Shown here in pieces: positions 29,212 to 39,320 of a DNA stretch of 64,000 nt (positions are counted from its first letter, which is position 1; each line of letters starts with the position of its first letter). Both the position numbers and the translations under genes were made by a program. This stretch comes from a virus (taxonomy: Duplodnaviria; Caudoviricetes), in the IMG/VR virus record IMGVR_UViG_3300048861_000137, positions 5,357 to 69,356 of that record; one strand, given 5' to 3'. The notes beneath the pieces are model-generated. The model saw nothing but the letters and a program-made list of their open reading frames with translations. It was not told the DNA's origin and made no database searches.

Positions 29212-29406
29212 GTGTTACTGCTACTTTTTCTGTTACGGCCAAATTCACAACCTTCTGCAGAACCGGGATGGCAAGCGCCTCTCACCCCGCATAGACCCTT
29301 TCTTGCTTTTGTCATTTGTGCCGTCATCGCAGTCATTTTGACGCCCATAGTTCTCTGGATCTTTGAGGCCATTAGCGGCGCAATAAGGCGGATGTTCAAA
29401 GATTAG
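29212..29406 (+). CDS. Small membrane protein
   Basis: Long hydrophobic helix; directly after the acyltransferase. Confidence 0.45.
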   Translation: MLLLLFLLRPNSQPSAEPGWQAPLTPHRPFLAFVICAVIAVILTPIVLWIFEAISGAIRRMFKD

Positions 29407-29458
29407 TCTCGCTCCTGCTCACCCACGTGTAATAGCTTTGGGTGTGAAAGGAGAATTT

Positions 29459-29740
29459 ATGACCATCGATACAGTGGATTGGATCCTTCGCTTCCCTTCT
29501 GATGAACTGCGGATGCGTCCGGAGATGCTCAACCGGATCAATGCAACCATCGCGGCAAGCAAAGGACTTCCGCCAAAGATCATCATGGAACACGGCATCG
29601 ATGATGAGACGGGCCGACGAGTGGTCCGCTCACAACGTATAGCTGATCGAGAGCTCACGATCGTTACAACTCTTCCGACGGATCGCATCGAGATCTGTGT
29701 GAAGGGTGAAACTCAGGTCGCAGTTTCGATTGTCGACTAG
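29459..29740 (+). CDS. Hypothetical protein
   Basis: AAGGAG RBS before ATG 29459. Confidence 0.65.
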   Translation: MTIDTVDWILRFPSDELRMRPEMLNRINATIAASKGLPPKIIMEHGIDDETGRRVVRSQRIADRELTIVTTLPTDRIEICVKGETQVAVSIVD

Positions 29741-29855
29741 AGTTTTTGTCAATTTACGACTCTTTCTGACGGGTTTTCTGGTATAACCTGTAGCCGCAAC
29801 TACAAAATAAACTCCGCACCGCTGGGTTTCATCCAGCATCTAGGCGCGCTTTGGA

Positions 29856-30236
29856 ATGCCCTTGATGTCAGATGGAATCGTAGCCTTGGTTGCTTACGTG
29901 TTTTCGAGGTGGACCTGCTCCTACTGCGGGATCTACGAGCGTGGCACCAATATCGGTCAGCAACCGCTGAGAACGTGCCCCTCCTGTGGGCGCGACGCTG
30001 AGATGAGTCATGCAATTCAGGGAATGACCGCTCGAGCTCTCCCCTATCACACGTTGCCCAGGGTTGAGAGCGAAGACCAGACGGCAATGCGGTACCGACA
30101 CCTCAAGAATATGGCGAAGCGAAAGCAGAGCTCCGACGATACGTACACGACGAAGGTGGCGAACCATCGCTCGGGCCGCTCGACGGGCCGTCCGAGGAAA
30201 AAGAAAAAGGGAGATCTCAATGCCGTTGGCGCTTGA
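29856..30236 (+). CDS. Zinc-ribbon protein with basic C-terminus
   Basis: CSYC...CPSC; GRPRKKKK tail. Confidence 0.55.
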   Translation: MPLMSDGIVALVAYVFSRWTCSYCGIYERGTNIGQQPLRTCPSCGRDAEMSHAIQGMTARALPYHTLPRVESEDQTAMRYRHLKNMAKRKQSSDDTYTTKVANHRSGRSTGRPRKKKKGDLNAVGA

Positions 30237-30570
30237 TTGCGATTACCAGACGATGCTGCCTCACTTCACGCCCATCCTGGCGCTGGCACTGCAGGGTCGA
30301 TTGAAGGCCCGCATCCTCGAGGAGAAGATCGCAGATAAGGGGCATCCACTCTGGAACTCCTGGCTAAGTGAGGATTGGTGGGCTCATGAGACCGTCATGC
30401 GCATGTACCGCACCCAGCTCAAGGAAGCCAAAGCTGTCATCTCTTTCTCTGACGAGATGCTGAAATTCAACCGGCCGAAGGATGCAGCCGACTTGAAGAT
30501 GGCGCTGCGCACGGCAAGCTTAGGACAGACATTCCGTAACGCGCGACACCGGCGCACAAGTGAATACTGA
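30220..30570 (+). CDS. Hypothetical protein
   Basis: GGGAG RBS before ATG 30220. Confidence 0.55.
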   Translation: MPLALDCDYQTMLPHFTPILALALQGRLKARILEEKIADKGHPLWNSWLSEDWWAHETVMRMYRTQLKEAKAVISFSDEMLKFNRPKDAADLKMALRTASLGQTFRNARHRRTSEY

Positions 30571-30976
30571 GGGTCCGCACCCTGGCAACAACCAGTCGAG
30601 AAGCAAGAAAGAGAACATCATGTACGGTCAAGATGTAGTAGCACAAGGACCAATGACACCCGGAGCACTTCGCGGCGTGAGCGCCAGAGACGAGCTCAGC
30701 AGGGCTCAGGCCGAATCCTGTTTGAATCAGGCCGCTCAGACCGCACGGCCACAGCGCAACTTAACCGAAGAGTTGTTCAACTTGAACGAGGTTATTTCGC
30801 ATAACCGCAGGCTTTCCGAAGCAGTTGTTGAACGCATAAGAGGTATACACCCCAGGAAAGAGTCAGGCGACATGATCGTCGATGGCCACATTTCTGCCGT
30901 CATTGTGATGCGCGAGATCATTCTCGAAAGCAACAGACTCCTCAGCGAAGCACTCGATCGCCTCGGTCCCGCCTAA
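30560..30976 (+). CDS. Hypothetical helical protein
   Basis: Co-oriented ORF. Confidence 0.5.
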   Translation: MNTEGPHPGNNQSRSKKENIMYGQDVVAQGPMTPGALRGVSARDELSRAQAESCLNQAAQTARPQRNLTEELFNLNEVISHNRRLSEAVVERIRGIHPRKESGDMIVDGHISAVIVMREIILESNRLLSEALDRLGPA

Positions 30977-31002
30977 ACAAAGCTACTAGACCCTGAAAAT
31001 CA

Positions 31003-31016
31003 AAATGGTAGTCTCT
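31003..31016 (+). promoter_or_regulatory. Conserved late-promoter-like motif, copy 1
   Basis: AAATGGTAGTCTCT upstream of the 31057 fibre gene. Confidence 0.65.
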
Positions 31017-31056
31017 GCCCGCGTTTGCGACCAATGCAGGCGCGGGGGAGCCTTCC

Positions 31057-32310
31057 ATGCGGCGTTCACGCCTTGCTCAACTGATCTTGTTCATTCTGCT
31101 AGCAGCGCTGGCCGCTCTCCTGATGCCAGCTTCCATGCTGGCTCAGATCTCAGGAACGGTAGCCGTATCCGGACACTTCGGCGATGCCGGCGGCGCTCCA
31201 ACCTCTGGATCGTACGTACATCTCCAGCTCACCAACTGCAGCAACAACATCCCTCGCGTAGTTGGATCCGGAACGATCGTCAAGCAGACGAAGGACTTTA
31301 CTCCTGACAGCAACGGCCTGATCTCCGGGCAGATCATCCCGAATGACCTGATCAACTGCGGCGGCGTGGCTGATACGACGCGCTACCTCGTCACAAACAT
31401 GGTCAACAATGTTCCGCAGGGACCGCAGCAATGCTTCCATATCGTCTCGAACGAGAATCCCTTCAACTTCGATTCGCAGACACCCTGCAGCATGGTGACA
31501 CCTCCGCCTCCTCCCCCAGGTCCGAATGATGGTGTCTTCCATAACCTGAACGTCACAGGCTTCCTCAGTGGGACAGATGCGAGCTTCTCAGGAACGCTCA
31601 CAGCCGGCATCATCCACACGAGCCATCTCTTTGCTGATCTGATCACGCTCCCATCCGGGCAGGACTGCGACAGCGGACAGTTCATGACGGGTTATGGCGC
31701 GAACCTTGAGAAACACTGCGGATCTGCTGCAGCCATCCCTGTAACAAGCGTCTTTGGTCGCGCCGGTGCCGTCGGAGCTCAGGCTGGTGACTACAACTGC
31801 GGCATGATCACTGGAGCCGTATGTTCTCTTCAAACGCTCCGCTACCAAACTGTAATCAGCAATGGCACCACTTATGCCCAGCGCAGCAAGCTCGTCCTCA
31901 ACAACGGGACGAATGCATCCGTAGCATGCGCCGATAATTCCGGGAACGACTCGACAGACTGCACAGTGTCCGCAAGCGGCAGCGGTACAGGACTGCAATG
32001 CCCGACCACGAATCAGTGCTACCGCATTGATGCTTCGGGGCTGATTGAGCAATGGGCAACGGGAACAGCGTCGTTCACCGGCCGCGGACAGACCTCGATT
32101 ACGTGGCCAATTTCCTTCCCGAACTCCTGCATCAACGTGCAGGCGACAGTTCAGTTCAATAGCCATCTTTCCTCCGGTAATTGGCAGGGAGCCGCTGCCT
32201 ACGTGCAGCCGGATAACTGTCAGACAGCAGTTCAGCTTTATATCGATATCCGCGGTGACGGCTCAGTCGATGGTCCGTTCCATGTCTTGGTCTACGGAAT
32301 GGGTCGCTAG
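31057..32310 (+). CDS. Tail-fibre-like protein with N-terminal signal peptide
   Basis: MRRSRLAQLILFILLAALAALLMPASMLA|Q; lambda Stf-N-like VSG..GDAGG.P...PDSNG; VTSVFGRAGAV fibre repeat; gp53-like GLIEQW...ITWPISFPNSC C-terminus; 14 Cys. Confidence 0.75.
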   Translation: MRRSRLAQLILFILLAALAALLMPASMLAQISGTVAVSGHFGDAGGAPTSGSYVHLQLTNCSNNIPRVVGSGTIVKQTKDFTPDSNGLISGQIIPNDLINCGGVADTTRYLVTNMVNNVPQGPQQCFHIVSNENPFNFDSQTPCSMVTPPPPPPGPNDGVFHNLNVTGFLSGTDASFSGTLTAGIIHTSHLFADLITLPSGQDCDSGQFMTGYGANLEKHCGSAAAIPVTSVFGRAGAVGAQAGDYNCGMITGAVCSLQTLRYQTVISNGTTYAQRSKLVLNNGTNASVACADNSGNDSTDCTVSASGSGTGLQCPTTNQCYRIDASGLIEQWATGTASFTGRGQTSITWPISFPNSCINVQATVQFNSHLSSGNWQGAAAYVQPDNCQTAVQLYIDIRGDGSVDGPFHVLVYGMGR

Positions 32311-32330
32311 AAATGGAGAACCTAAGCTTT

Positions 32331-35300
32331 ATGTCCAGAAGAATCGCCTTCATCCTGCTCTTTGTTTCCTCTGGCCTGGCTTTCGGGCAGGCATACCTCC
32401 CAGTCTCAGGGTCTCGAGTCAACGACAATCAGAGCCAGCCTTTGACGGGCCAAGTTCGATTCACCGTCACCGATACGAGCAACCTTCCGATCACGTACAC
32501 GCCGCAAGGTGGATCCTCGACAAACGCGACCATCACCGTGAATACCATCCGAGGCGTGGTCCAGAACACAGGAGGATTCCCGCCGACGATTCCGAACCCG
32601 GATACGATGAGCCCTGCTAATAGCCGGTACCGGATCGAGGTTATTCGCGGGCAGGTGTTGCTGACATTTCCTCTTGTGCAGATCACGGGGCGGCAGAACT
32701 TCTCCCTGGACGGCTACATAATCCCGCAAGGTGTTACGGCTTCCGGTCAGGGTATGCCTCAGTGGCCGTGCTCTCCCGGCGCGACTTACAACGATGTGAA
32801 CGGGGGAGCTCCATATCCCTGGGTTTGCTCTCAGTTATCGACAGACAATTCGATCGTCTGGACACAGAACCCATCTCTCAATCCGATGTGTCAGAAAGGA
32901 AACAGCCAGGCTATCGGATCTCCGATCAACGCCTCGGGCCCTCCATTCTGCCTCGCTGCGACGATCGCATGGGCAACTCCAGGTTATGTCTATGCAGGTC
33001 CCACACCCGCTTCAGTTCAGCCTGGACAGATAGGCCTTGTTCCTATCTCTCAACTCTGTGCTGGAGGAGCGTGCGGTACAGGAGGCAATCCAGGAGATAA
33101 CCTTCAGGAGATTCAGGCGAATAAGAACGGCACGGCGTTTCAGGGGTCAGGTTCTTATACAGACGCGAATCGCACTCTATTCTTTCAGCCCTCGGTAAAT
33201 GCTCCCTCGAGATCGTCTACATGCGGCGGACGTCAGTGCGGATTCGTTCAAAACTATGGGCAGAACGGGCCCATCAAGAATGGTAGCAACGTAGATAGTG
33301 GCTGGGGACAGAGCTTCTACAACTATCGCAACGGCCTGTGGACGGGGCTAGCCTACTTCAACGGATACAACTCAACTGTCAGCCAAGGCACCGAGCCGCC
33401 GGGGGGGTCTGCGACCTCGATGCAGAGTGACACGAATGCCTTCCACATGCAGGCCATCATGCAAGACATTGTGCTGAACAACCATGCGGGTAAGCCATAC
33501 GATACCGCGAACATTTACTCCTACCTACTCTGTCATGGTGGGTACTGGGGAGGTGGCGACGAAGGCTGCACAAACCTCCGCATCAACGGAGGCAACGACT
33601 CAAACCAACAGGGCGCAATTATCGTAAGTGGAACGCCTGCCCCAGGTGACACTACCGTCAACTATTCCAACGCCTTCCATCCCGATGACATCTTTGTCGG
33701 CGGGTTCATGATCGACATTGCGTCTCCCTCAATCTACACAGGCAACATCACAGCCTATGATCCGACGCAGCATTTGCTGACAGTTTCTCAGCCCGCTCCT
33801 CCGCTCGGTACAGGCGCGATCACGGTTCCGACCTCGGCAGGAACAACGACCGGCGCAATCACGATCGTAGATGCAGATATTCAGGCCTCGAATGGTGTAG
33901 GTGTAAGCAAGACGGTACCGGTGCGCCTTGACACAGGATCGGCCTTTTCTCCGACTGCAGTCACTCTTCTGGTCTGCGTGAATCCGACATGGGAGTTTGT
34001 GGTTCCCACCTCGTTCGTCTTTGATTCGCTAAACAATGTCTATAACCTCACAGCAACCTTTCAACATGGCCATCCCGCAGGCTGCTACGTCCAACAGGGC
34101 GGAACCTGGGGCATCGCTGACCTTCAGGCAGATCGCATCAATAACGCCATACTGAACGCATGGAGGACGGACTACTTTGTCTACGGTGCAACCGACGCTA
34201 CACACATTCACGAGGCTACCTGGATAACCGGAGCTCGCGGAGTCATCAATCAATGGCGGCACAACTTCGGCGGCTTCCAGAATCACCTCGTCAACACTGC
34301 ACAAGTTACAGGAAGTGGAACGACGGTAAAGTTCTGCGGCCTGGGGCAGTCGGGGTTGAACTTTGCCAGCAGTTATGTGAAGGTATCGAACGCTACGCCC
34401 TCTGCCTATAACGGGATTTACAACACTGGCCCAATGGACAGCAACCTCTGCACCTCGGCTCCCGGTACAGCGACCGGGCCTGTGACAGCAGCGACCCTCG
34501 ACGTGGGCGGAGATGTCAATTCTCAAGATGGAAACACCTTCGGCCCGGGTGGATTTACGATCTGGCCCACAGCCAGAATCAAGCAGTTAGGGACCAGCAT
34601 CATTACCGGAGCGAACGGTGTGCAAACCGTAGCCTACAACAACACCCTCCTTCTTTACCCCAACAATATGACTCAGGTTGCAGGCCACATCGCGGTAGTG
34701 CTCGATGACATGCAGAGCAAGGTCGAGCCTCTATCTGCTCTCGGCACGGTCGACACTGCACCAACTCAAAATACGAACAACTTCTTTCAGTCCATCGTTT
34801 CAGGTTATGGAGTAACAACGACATCATTCATCGGTGGCACCATCACGAACAATAACCCCTTTTCTTGGTACAAGGGCGGCGGAACCTGCACCATTCCTGG
34901 CGGGTTCTGCCTTGATCCGGCGATTGGCCTAAACGTAGGCGGACCCTGGGGGTACGTCATCCGAGCGCAGCAGCCAGTATCCGGAGGAACCATCCTCGAG
35001 GGCTACCCCTCGCCGATGGCCGCGGGGAATGTGGGCAATAACACCCACTTCTTTTTACGTGACGATGGGCCTGGAGGTAACGCTGGCTTCTATGTGAGCT
35101 ACAACCCCAACACCGGCATCTCGCTCATCGGTTCCGGCAAGGGTGATGGAGTCCAGTCTGCATTCACGATGACGCCCACGGACATGACGTTCTCGGCAAC
35201 GGGATCGATGACCTTCCAAACGGCGACCTTCTCAGCGAACGCTCTGCAGGGTGTTGGTACTCGCTGCCTTCATGCTAGCTCGGGCGGCCAAATCACTCCT

Positions 35301-36314
35301 ACATCAGCGGACTGCGGTGTGGTCACCGGCATCGTTCCAATTGCAAATGGAGGAAACGGAACTGCAACGCCTGCGCTGACGGCCGGGGCGAATGTGACCA
35401 TCACCGGGACGTGGCCGAATTACACGATCGCCTCGACGGGAGGCGGCGGCGGAACTGGAGTTCCCTCGGTCAACGGAGTCACAGGCGCGGTCACGATCGC
35501 GGCAGGTGCAGGCATCAATGTCGGAACCGCTGGAAGCACGATCACCATAACCAACACGGCGTCCGGCGGAACGGTGACCAGCTTCAGTAAAAATGATACT
35601 TCCGTTGCCCCGCTCTTTACCCAGACGGTAACGAATTCGTCGACGACGCCTCTACTGACCTCGACGCTTGCCGCTGCAGGGCCGCATGCCTTCTTCGGGA
35701 ACTGCTCGGGCACAACCGGAACTCCGAACTATTGCCAGCCTTCCTTTGCTGACATCTCAGGGACGATCGCAGCTGGGCAGCTTCCACTGGCCACGACTTC
35801 AGCCTTTGGAGCCGTCAAGTGCGATGGAATTACCATCACGTGCACCTCTGGGGTGATCACAGCGATCGGTGGCGGCATCGGCGGTCTTACGATTGGCAAG
35901 ATTCCGGTAGCGACGAGCTCAACAGCGATCGGAGATGGCCCCCTCGACACGACAACAAACGCAGGAGCCGTGACATCCTCGCAGGACATCTACGCTCCCT
36001 CAGTTCACGTAACCGGAAACGGAGCGTTTGGATTCAGCGGAGCGGAGGGAGTTTGCTCTCTGGGAACCTCAGGGCAGGACGGGTTGTGTGCAGACTCAAC
36101 TGCGCATCGCCTCGTCATGAACAACAACAATAGCGGAACGGTGAAGCTCGTCGGCATCGGAACCGCGGCTACCTCTGGCCATATCGCAGTCTTCTCCTCG
36201 AACGGATACGACATTCAGGATCTAGGTTCAGCGGGAATAACGGCCAGTGGCTCGAGTTGCACGATCACAGCGATGATCGCTGGCGTCATCACAGGAGCTA
36301 CATGTACCCCCTAA
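32331..36314 (+). CDS. Very large fibre/adhesin-like protein with signal peptide
   Basis: MSRRIAFILLFVSSGLAFG|Q; VSG..VND..SQPLTG N-domain; G/T/N-rich beta segments; VPSVNGVTGAVT and VPIANGGNG fibre motifs. Confidence 0.75.
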   Translation: MSRRIAFILLFVSSGLAFGQAYLPVSGSRVNDNQSQPLTGQVRFTVTDTSNLPITYTPQGGSSTNATITVNTIRGVVQNTGGFPPTIPNPDTMSPANSRYRIEVIRGQVLLTFPLVQITGRQNFSLDGYIIPQGVTASGQGMPQWPCSPGATYNDVNGGAPYPWVCSQLSTDNSIVWTQNPSLNPMCQKGNSQAIGSPINASGPPFCLAATIAWATPGYVYAGPTPASVQPGQIGLVPISQLCAGGACGTGGNPGDNLQEIQANKNGTAFQGSGSYTDANRTLFFQPSVNAPSRSSTCGGRQCGFVQNYGQNGPIKNGSNVDSGWGQSFYNYRNGLWTGLAYFNGYNSTVSQGTEPPGGSATSMQSDTNAFHMQAIMQDIVLNNHAGKPYDTANIYSYLLCHGGYWGGGDEGCTNLRINGGNDSNQQGAIIVSGTPAPGDTTVNYSNAFHPDDIFVGGFMIDIASPSIYTGNITAYDPTQHLLTVSQPAPPLGTGAITVPTSAGTTTGAITIVDADIQASNGVGVSKTVPVRLDTGSAFSPTAVTLLVCVNPTWEFVVPTSFVFDSLNNVYNLTATFQHGHPAGCYVQQGGTWGIADLQADRINNAILNAWRTDYFVYGATDATHIHEATWITGARGVINQWRHNFGGFQNHLVNTAQVTGSGTTVKFCGLGQSGLNFASSYVKVSNATPSAYNGIYNTGPMDSNLCTSAPGTATGPVTAATLDVGGDVNSQDGNTFGPGGFTIWPTARIKQLGTSIITGANGVQTVAYNNTLLLYPNNMTQVAGHIAVVLDDMQSKVEPLSALGTVDTAPTQNTNNFFQSIVSGYGVTTTSFIGGTITNNNPFSWYKGGGTCTIPGGFCLDPAIGLNVGGPWGYVIRAQQPVSGGTILEGYPSPMAAGNVGNNTHFFLRDDGPGGNAGFYVSYNPNTGISLIGSGKGDGVQSAFTMTPTDMTFSATGSMTFQTATFSANALQGVGTRCLHASSGGQITPTSADCGVVTGIVPIANGGNGTATPALTAGANVTITGTWPNYTIASTGGGGGTGVPSVNGVTGAVTIAAGAGINVGTAGSTITITNTASGGTVTSFSKNDTSVAPLFTQTVTNSSTTPLLTSTLAAAGPHAFFGNCSGTTGTPNYCQPSFADISGTIAAGQLPLATTSAFGAVKCDGITITCTSGVITAIGGGIGGLTIGKIPVATSSTAIGDGPLDTTTNAGAVTSSQDIYAPSVHVTGNGAFGFSGAEGVCSLGTSGQDGLCADSTAHRLVMNNNNSGTVKLVGIGTAATSGHIAVFSSNGYDIQDLGSAGITASGSSCTITAMIAGVITGATCTP

Positions 36315-39202
36315 GAAAACTTCTCTGGCTATTCCTGTTCACGTCCCCGCTCTGGCCCCAGGCAAAGCCTGCAATCAGCACTGGAGTGGTTGCCTATGCG
36401 CTGCCATTCTCCGCTTATGGGTACCCCCAGACGCTTCTCCCTGGATCGCAGCGAACGATGGCAATCGGCTACTGGTGCGCGAACCTTCAGGCTACGGCCT
36501 ACTCCACTGACAACACCGGGACTGTCATCACTGCCAATAACAACTTGAGCGTGGGCGATCAGGTTCAAGGACTGGGATTCATGGACGGTCCTATGGCCTT
36601 CCACCTTGGAGTCACCTACACCGTTACGGCGGCAACTGCGACCAATTTCAAGATCGGTCTAACGGACGAGAACCCGCAGAGCGGCACTACGACCACTGCC
36701 ACGATTCGCAAGACAGGCGGAGCCGGCTGCACCAGCAGGGTGAAGTGGGAGATTATCGACACCGGAAGCACAGCCGAGACCTATCGTCTGATGTCGATCG
36801 ACGGCACACAGGATACAGGAATGGTGTCTCACCCAATTATCAGTTCCACAATTCCCGTAGTCCGGATCCAGATCGGACCCATCGAGGGTGTGACCTCGAG
36901 GACCGGAGCGATCAGCACTGGCGACTTCGCACTTCATTCCACCGTGAGCCTGACACTAAAGGCGACCTCGTTAGACGATCCGACGCAGTTTGCTACCTAC
37001 AACATGATCGTGACGCACAACGGAGGTGGATACCCGGGGCTGCAAGGTAAGGCGTTTTCAAACCCCGGATTCCGCACCGTCTACAAGAACCGGGACATTC
37101 CCCTGGTGAGCCAAGTCCTCGGCAATGTGAATCAGATGGTGAATTGGACCATTGTGAGCGCTCCGGTTGGAGGCGATGCGACGATTCTCTTCCCAACCTA
37201 CCCCCATGCAGTGTTCCGCAGCGGAACCGTAGATGGCAATTACCGTGTGAAGGTGTGCCCTGCTGTCGATTCTTCTGCCGCAGCGTGCGCTTACGACACT
37301 ATCGCGGTCGGATACGAGGCAGCTCCCTCGACCAATCCCGACAAAGTAGAACTGGCTCCATGCCCGACAACTGCCGGTCCTACCGTACTGGGGGTCACGT
37401 GGGGAACCATCTACGACATCGGCAAGACTGGAAGCGGTACGCCTGATCTTCTGAGTATCCCGCAGAACCCTGTTGGCCCGGTCCTCGTTCGACTATGGAA
37501 CAACGGAGCGGCAGGAGCTCCAACGGAGTACCACAATCAAACTCAGATCAACCCACCATCGGGAGGCCCGTTCAGCGATCAGCGGCCAGCGTTCTTCATG
37601 TGCAGCGTCAAGGCTTCAAATGGAGAGCTTGCTGTCGTGGACGGCGCGGATGCGACGGCGAACTCCTGGGCGAGTCAGTACGTCGTCGGTCCTTACTCGA
37701 TCTTCGGTATAGCGGGTGGGTCTGGTGGCTCTGCGCTTCCCACGGCAGACCCGTTCGACTTCAACACCGTCACCATTCAGAACATTCACTTCCGACACGT
37801 CACCCAGGGGTACTTCTACTATTCTGTTGTCGATGGGACGCGACAGCCGTGGGGGGAGTCTTCCGGACCTCGGCCCAGCAACTCTATCCAGAATTTCAAT
37901 CTGATCGGCAACCGCATCGAGGATGTGTCGGATGGCATCTTCGATGACTGCAACGCTCAGAACCAAGGCATGAATCATTGCACGATGGACACCTTCGACG
38001 AGGGGAACCATCTCTCCGGCTACGGGTATCCCGGAGACTTTCTCGCTCACCCCTACTACAAGCAAGCGATGCGAACTTACTCCATGCTGAACCTGCTCGA
38101 CGGAGCCATACCTGGGTCTCAGGGAACGGCATGGTTCTCAGATCGTGGGACTCGCAGTTTCCACATGTATAACCGATTTGTTACAAATGACCCGACAGCG
38201 CAGGGTTCCGTCGTTGCCGGTCACTCGGAGAATCAGGACGCGCACAACATCCTGAATCTCGATTCCTTTTGGGGATATCAGGGTAGTTCAACCTGCGATG
38301 TGGCCGATTCCACTGCGATTGGATGTCTACCTGGTTGGGTCCTAGATCCAGTCGCATGGCAGGCGGCCATCGTCGAAGAACATAACCGAACCGACTACAT
38401 GATTGGGAATGCAATATCCGTTCCCAACGTATACAAGTCCTTCGGTGTGGCGATGACGCACTCATGGTTCAGCTATCAGCCTTATGGTGTGGGCGGATGG
38501 AACCGTGAGTGGTCCCCGGAGAATCTCTCGCAGAATCTATGGTTCGCTTACAACACTGTGCAATATGGAGCGCCTTCGGTTGCAGCTGGAGGACTGGCCC
38601 TCATTGAGGACGTAAGACTCAATTTCTCCGACGCCGGCGAGAGCATCACCTACCTCCTACAGCCGCAGTATTACCCGGAAATCTGGATGACCAACAATCT
38701 GATCCCGTTGGACAAGCAGGTCGGGTGCGATTACGCATGCAACGTGCTGAATATCAGCGCCCACCAATTGACCCACTTTCAAACGAATATGTTCGGTGGC
38801 ATCACTACGCCGGCGGGCCCGTTCAACTCAAATACCGGCGCCTACGCTACGAACGGGTGGAATCTCAACCCTGCGGTCTCCGACTGGGGGAGCATTGACC
38901 CGATAACCGATCACCTTTCCGGTTGGACGACGAGCAACTTCCTCAATTATTCGACCTTCCCGATCAACGCCACATCACTCGTTCCGATTCCTGGATCCGC
39001 GGCGATCGGCAAGGCTACGACGTTGACGGGAGATGTCTCTGCATATCCCCCAAGATTCAATGCCGTCGACGCGAATATGAGTCCATTCACCCTTCGCCAA
39101 CAGCCGACGACACTGGGAGCTTATGACTCAGGAGCACAGCCACCTGCACCACCTACGAATTTCGGGGTGGGAAGAATCTTCGGCTCTGGAGTTTTTCGAT
39201 AG
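36302..39202 (+). CDS. Secreted Ig-like + right-handed beta-helix protein (possible polysaccharide-binding/depolymerase)
   Basis: MYPLRKLLWLFLFTSPLWP|Q; VNWTIVS Ig-like repeats; TIQNIHF, LIGNRIED, EGNHL, MIGNAI beta-helix-like rungs. Confidence 0.65.
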   Translation: MYPLRKLLWLFLFTSPLWPQAKPAISTGVVAYALPFSAYGYPQTLLPGSQRTMAIGYWCANLQATAYSTDNTGTVITANNNLSVGDQVQGLGFMDGPMAFHLGVTYTVTAATATNFKIGLTDENPQSGTTTTATIRKTGGAGCTSRVKWEIIDTGSTAETYRLMSIDGTQDTGMVSHPIISSTIPVVRIQIGPIEGVTSRTGAISTGDFALHSTVSLTLKATSLDDPTQFATYNMIVTHNGGGYPGLQGKAFSNPGFRTVYKNRDIPLVSQVLGNVNQMVNWTIVSAPVGGDATILFPTYPHAVFRSGTVDGNYRVKVCPAVDSSAAACAYDTIAVGYEAAPSTNPDKVELAPCPTTAGPTVLGVTWGTIYDIGKTGSGTPDLLSIPQNPVGPVLVRLWNNGAAGAPTEYHNQTQINPPSGGPFSDQRPAFFMCSVKASNGELAVVDGADATANSWASQYVVGPYSIFGIAGGSGGSALPTADPFDFNTVTIQNIHFRHVTQGYFYYSVVDGTRQPWGESSGPRPSNSIQNFNLIGNRIEDVSDGIFDDCNAQNQGMNHCTMDTFDEGNHLSGYGYPGDFLAHPYYKQAMRTYSMLNLLDGAIPGSQGTAWFSDRGTRSFHMYNRFVTNDPTAQGSVVAGHSENQDAHNILNLDSFWGYQGSSTCDVADSTAIGCLPGWVLDPVAWQAAIVEEHNRTDYMIGNAISVPNVYKSFGVAMTHSWFSYQPYGVGGWNREWSPENLSQNLWFAYNTVQYGAPSVAAGGLALIEDVRLNFSDAGESITYLLQPQYYPEIWMTNNLIPLDKQVGCDYACNVLNISAHQLTHFQTNMFGGITTPAGPFNSNTGAYATNGWNLNPAVSDWGSIDPITDHLSGWTTSNFLNYSTFPINATSLVPIPGSAAIGKATTLTGDVSAYPPRFNAVDANMSPFTLRQQPTTLGAYDSGAQPPAPPTNFGVGRIFGSGVFR

Positions 39203-39320
39203 AGTTTGCGAAACGACGGCAACACTGTAGATCTTCGCAAGAAAGTGCCTTGGTTATCCACTTGAACGACAGGTTCCAGGCTGCAGCAGATGTTGATACC
39301 AGAGCAGGAGGAAAGCTGAG

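Noticed and set aside
31057-39202. Diversity-generating retroelement or invertible cassette acting on the fibre genes
   Set aside because: No reverse transcriptase, TR/VR repeat pair or invertase seen.
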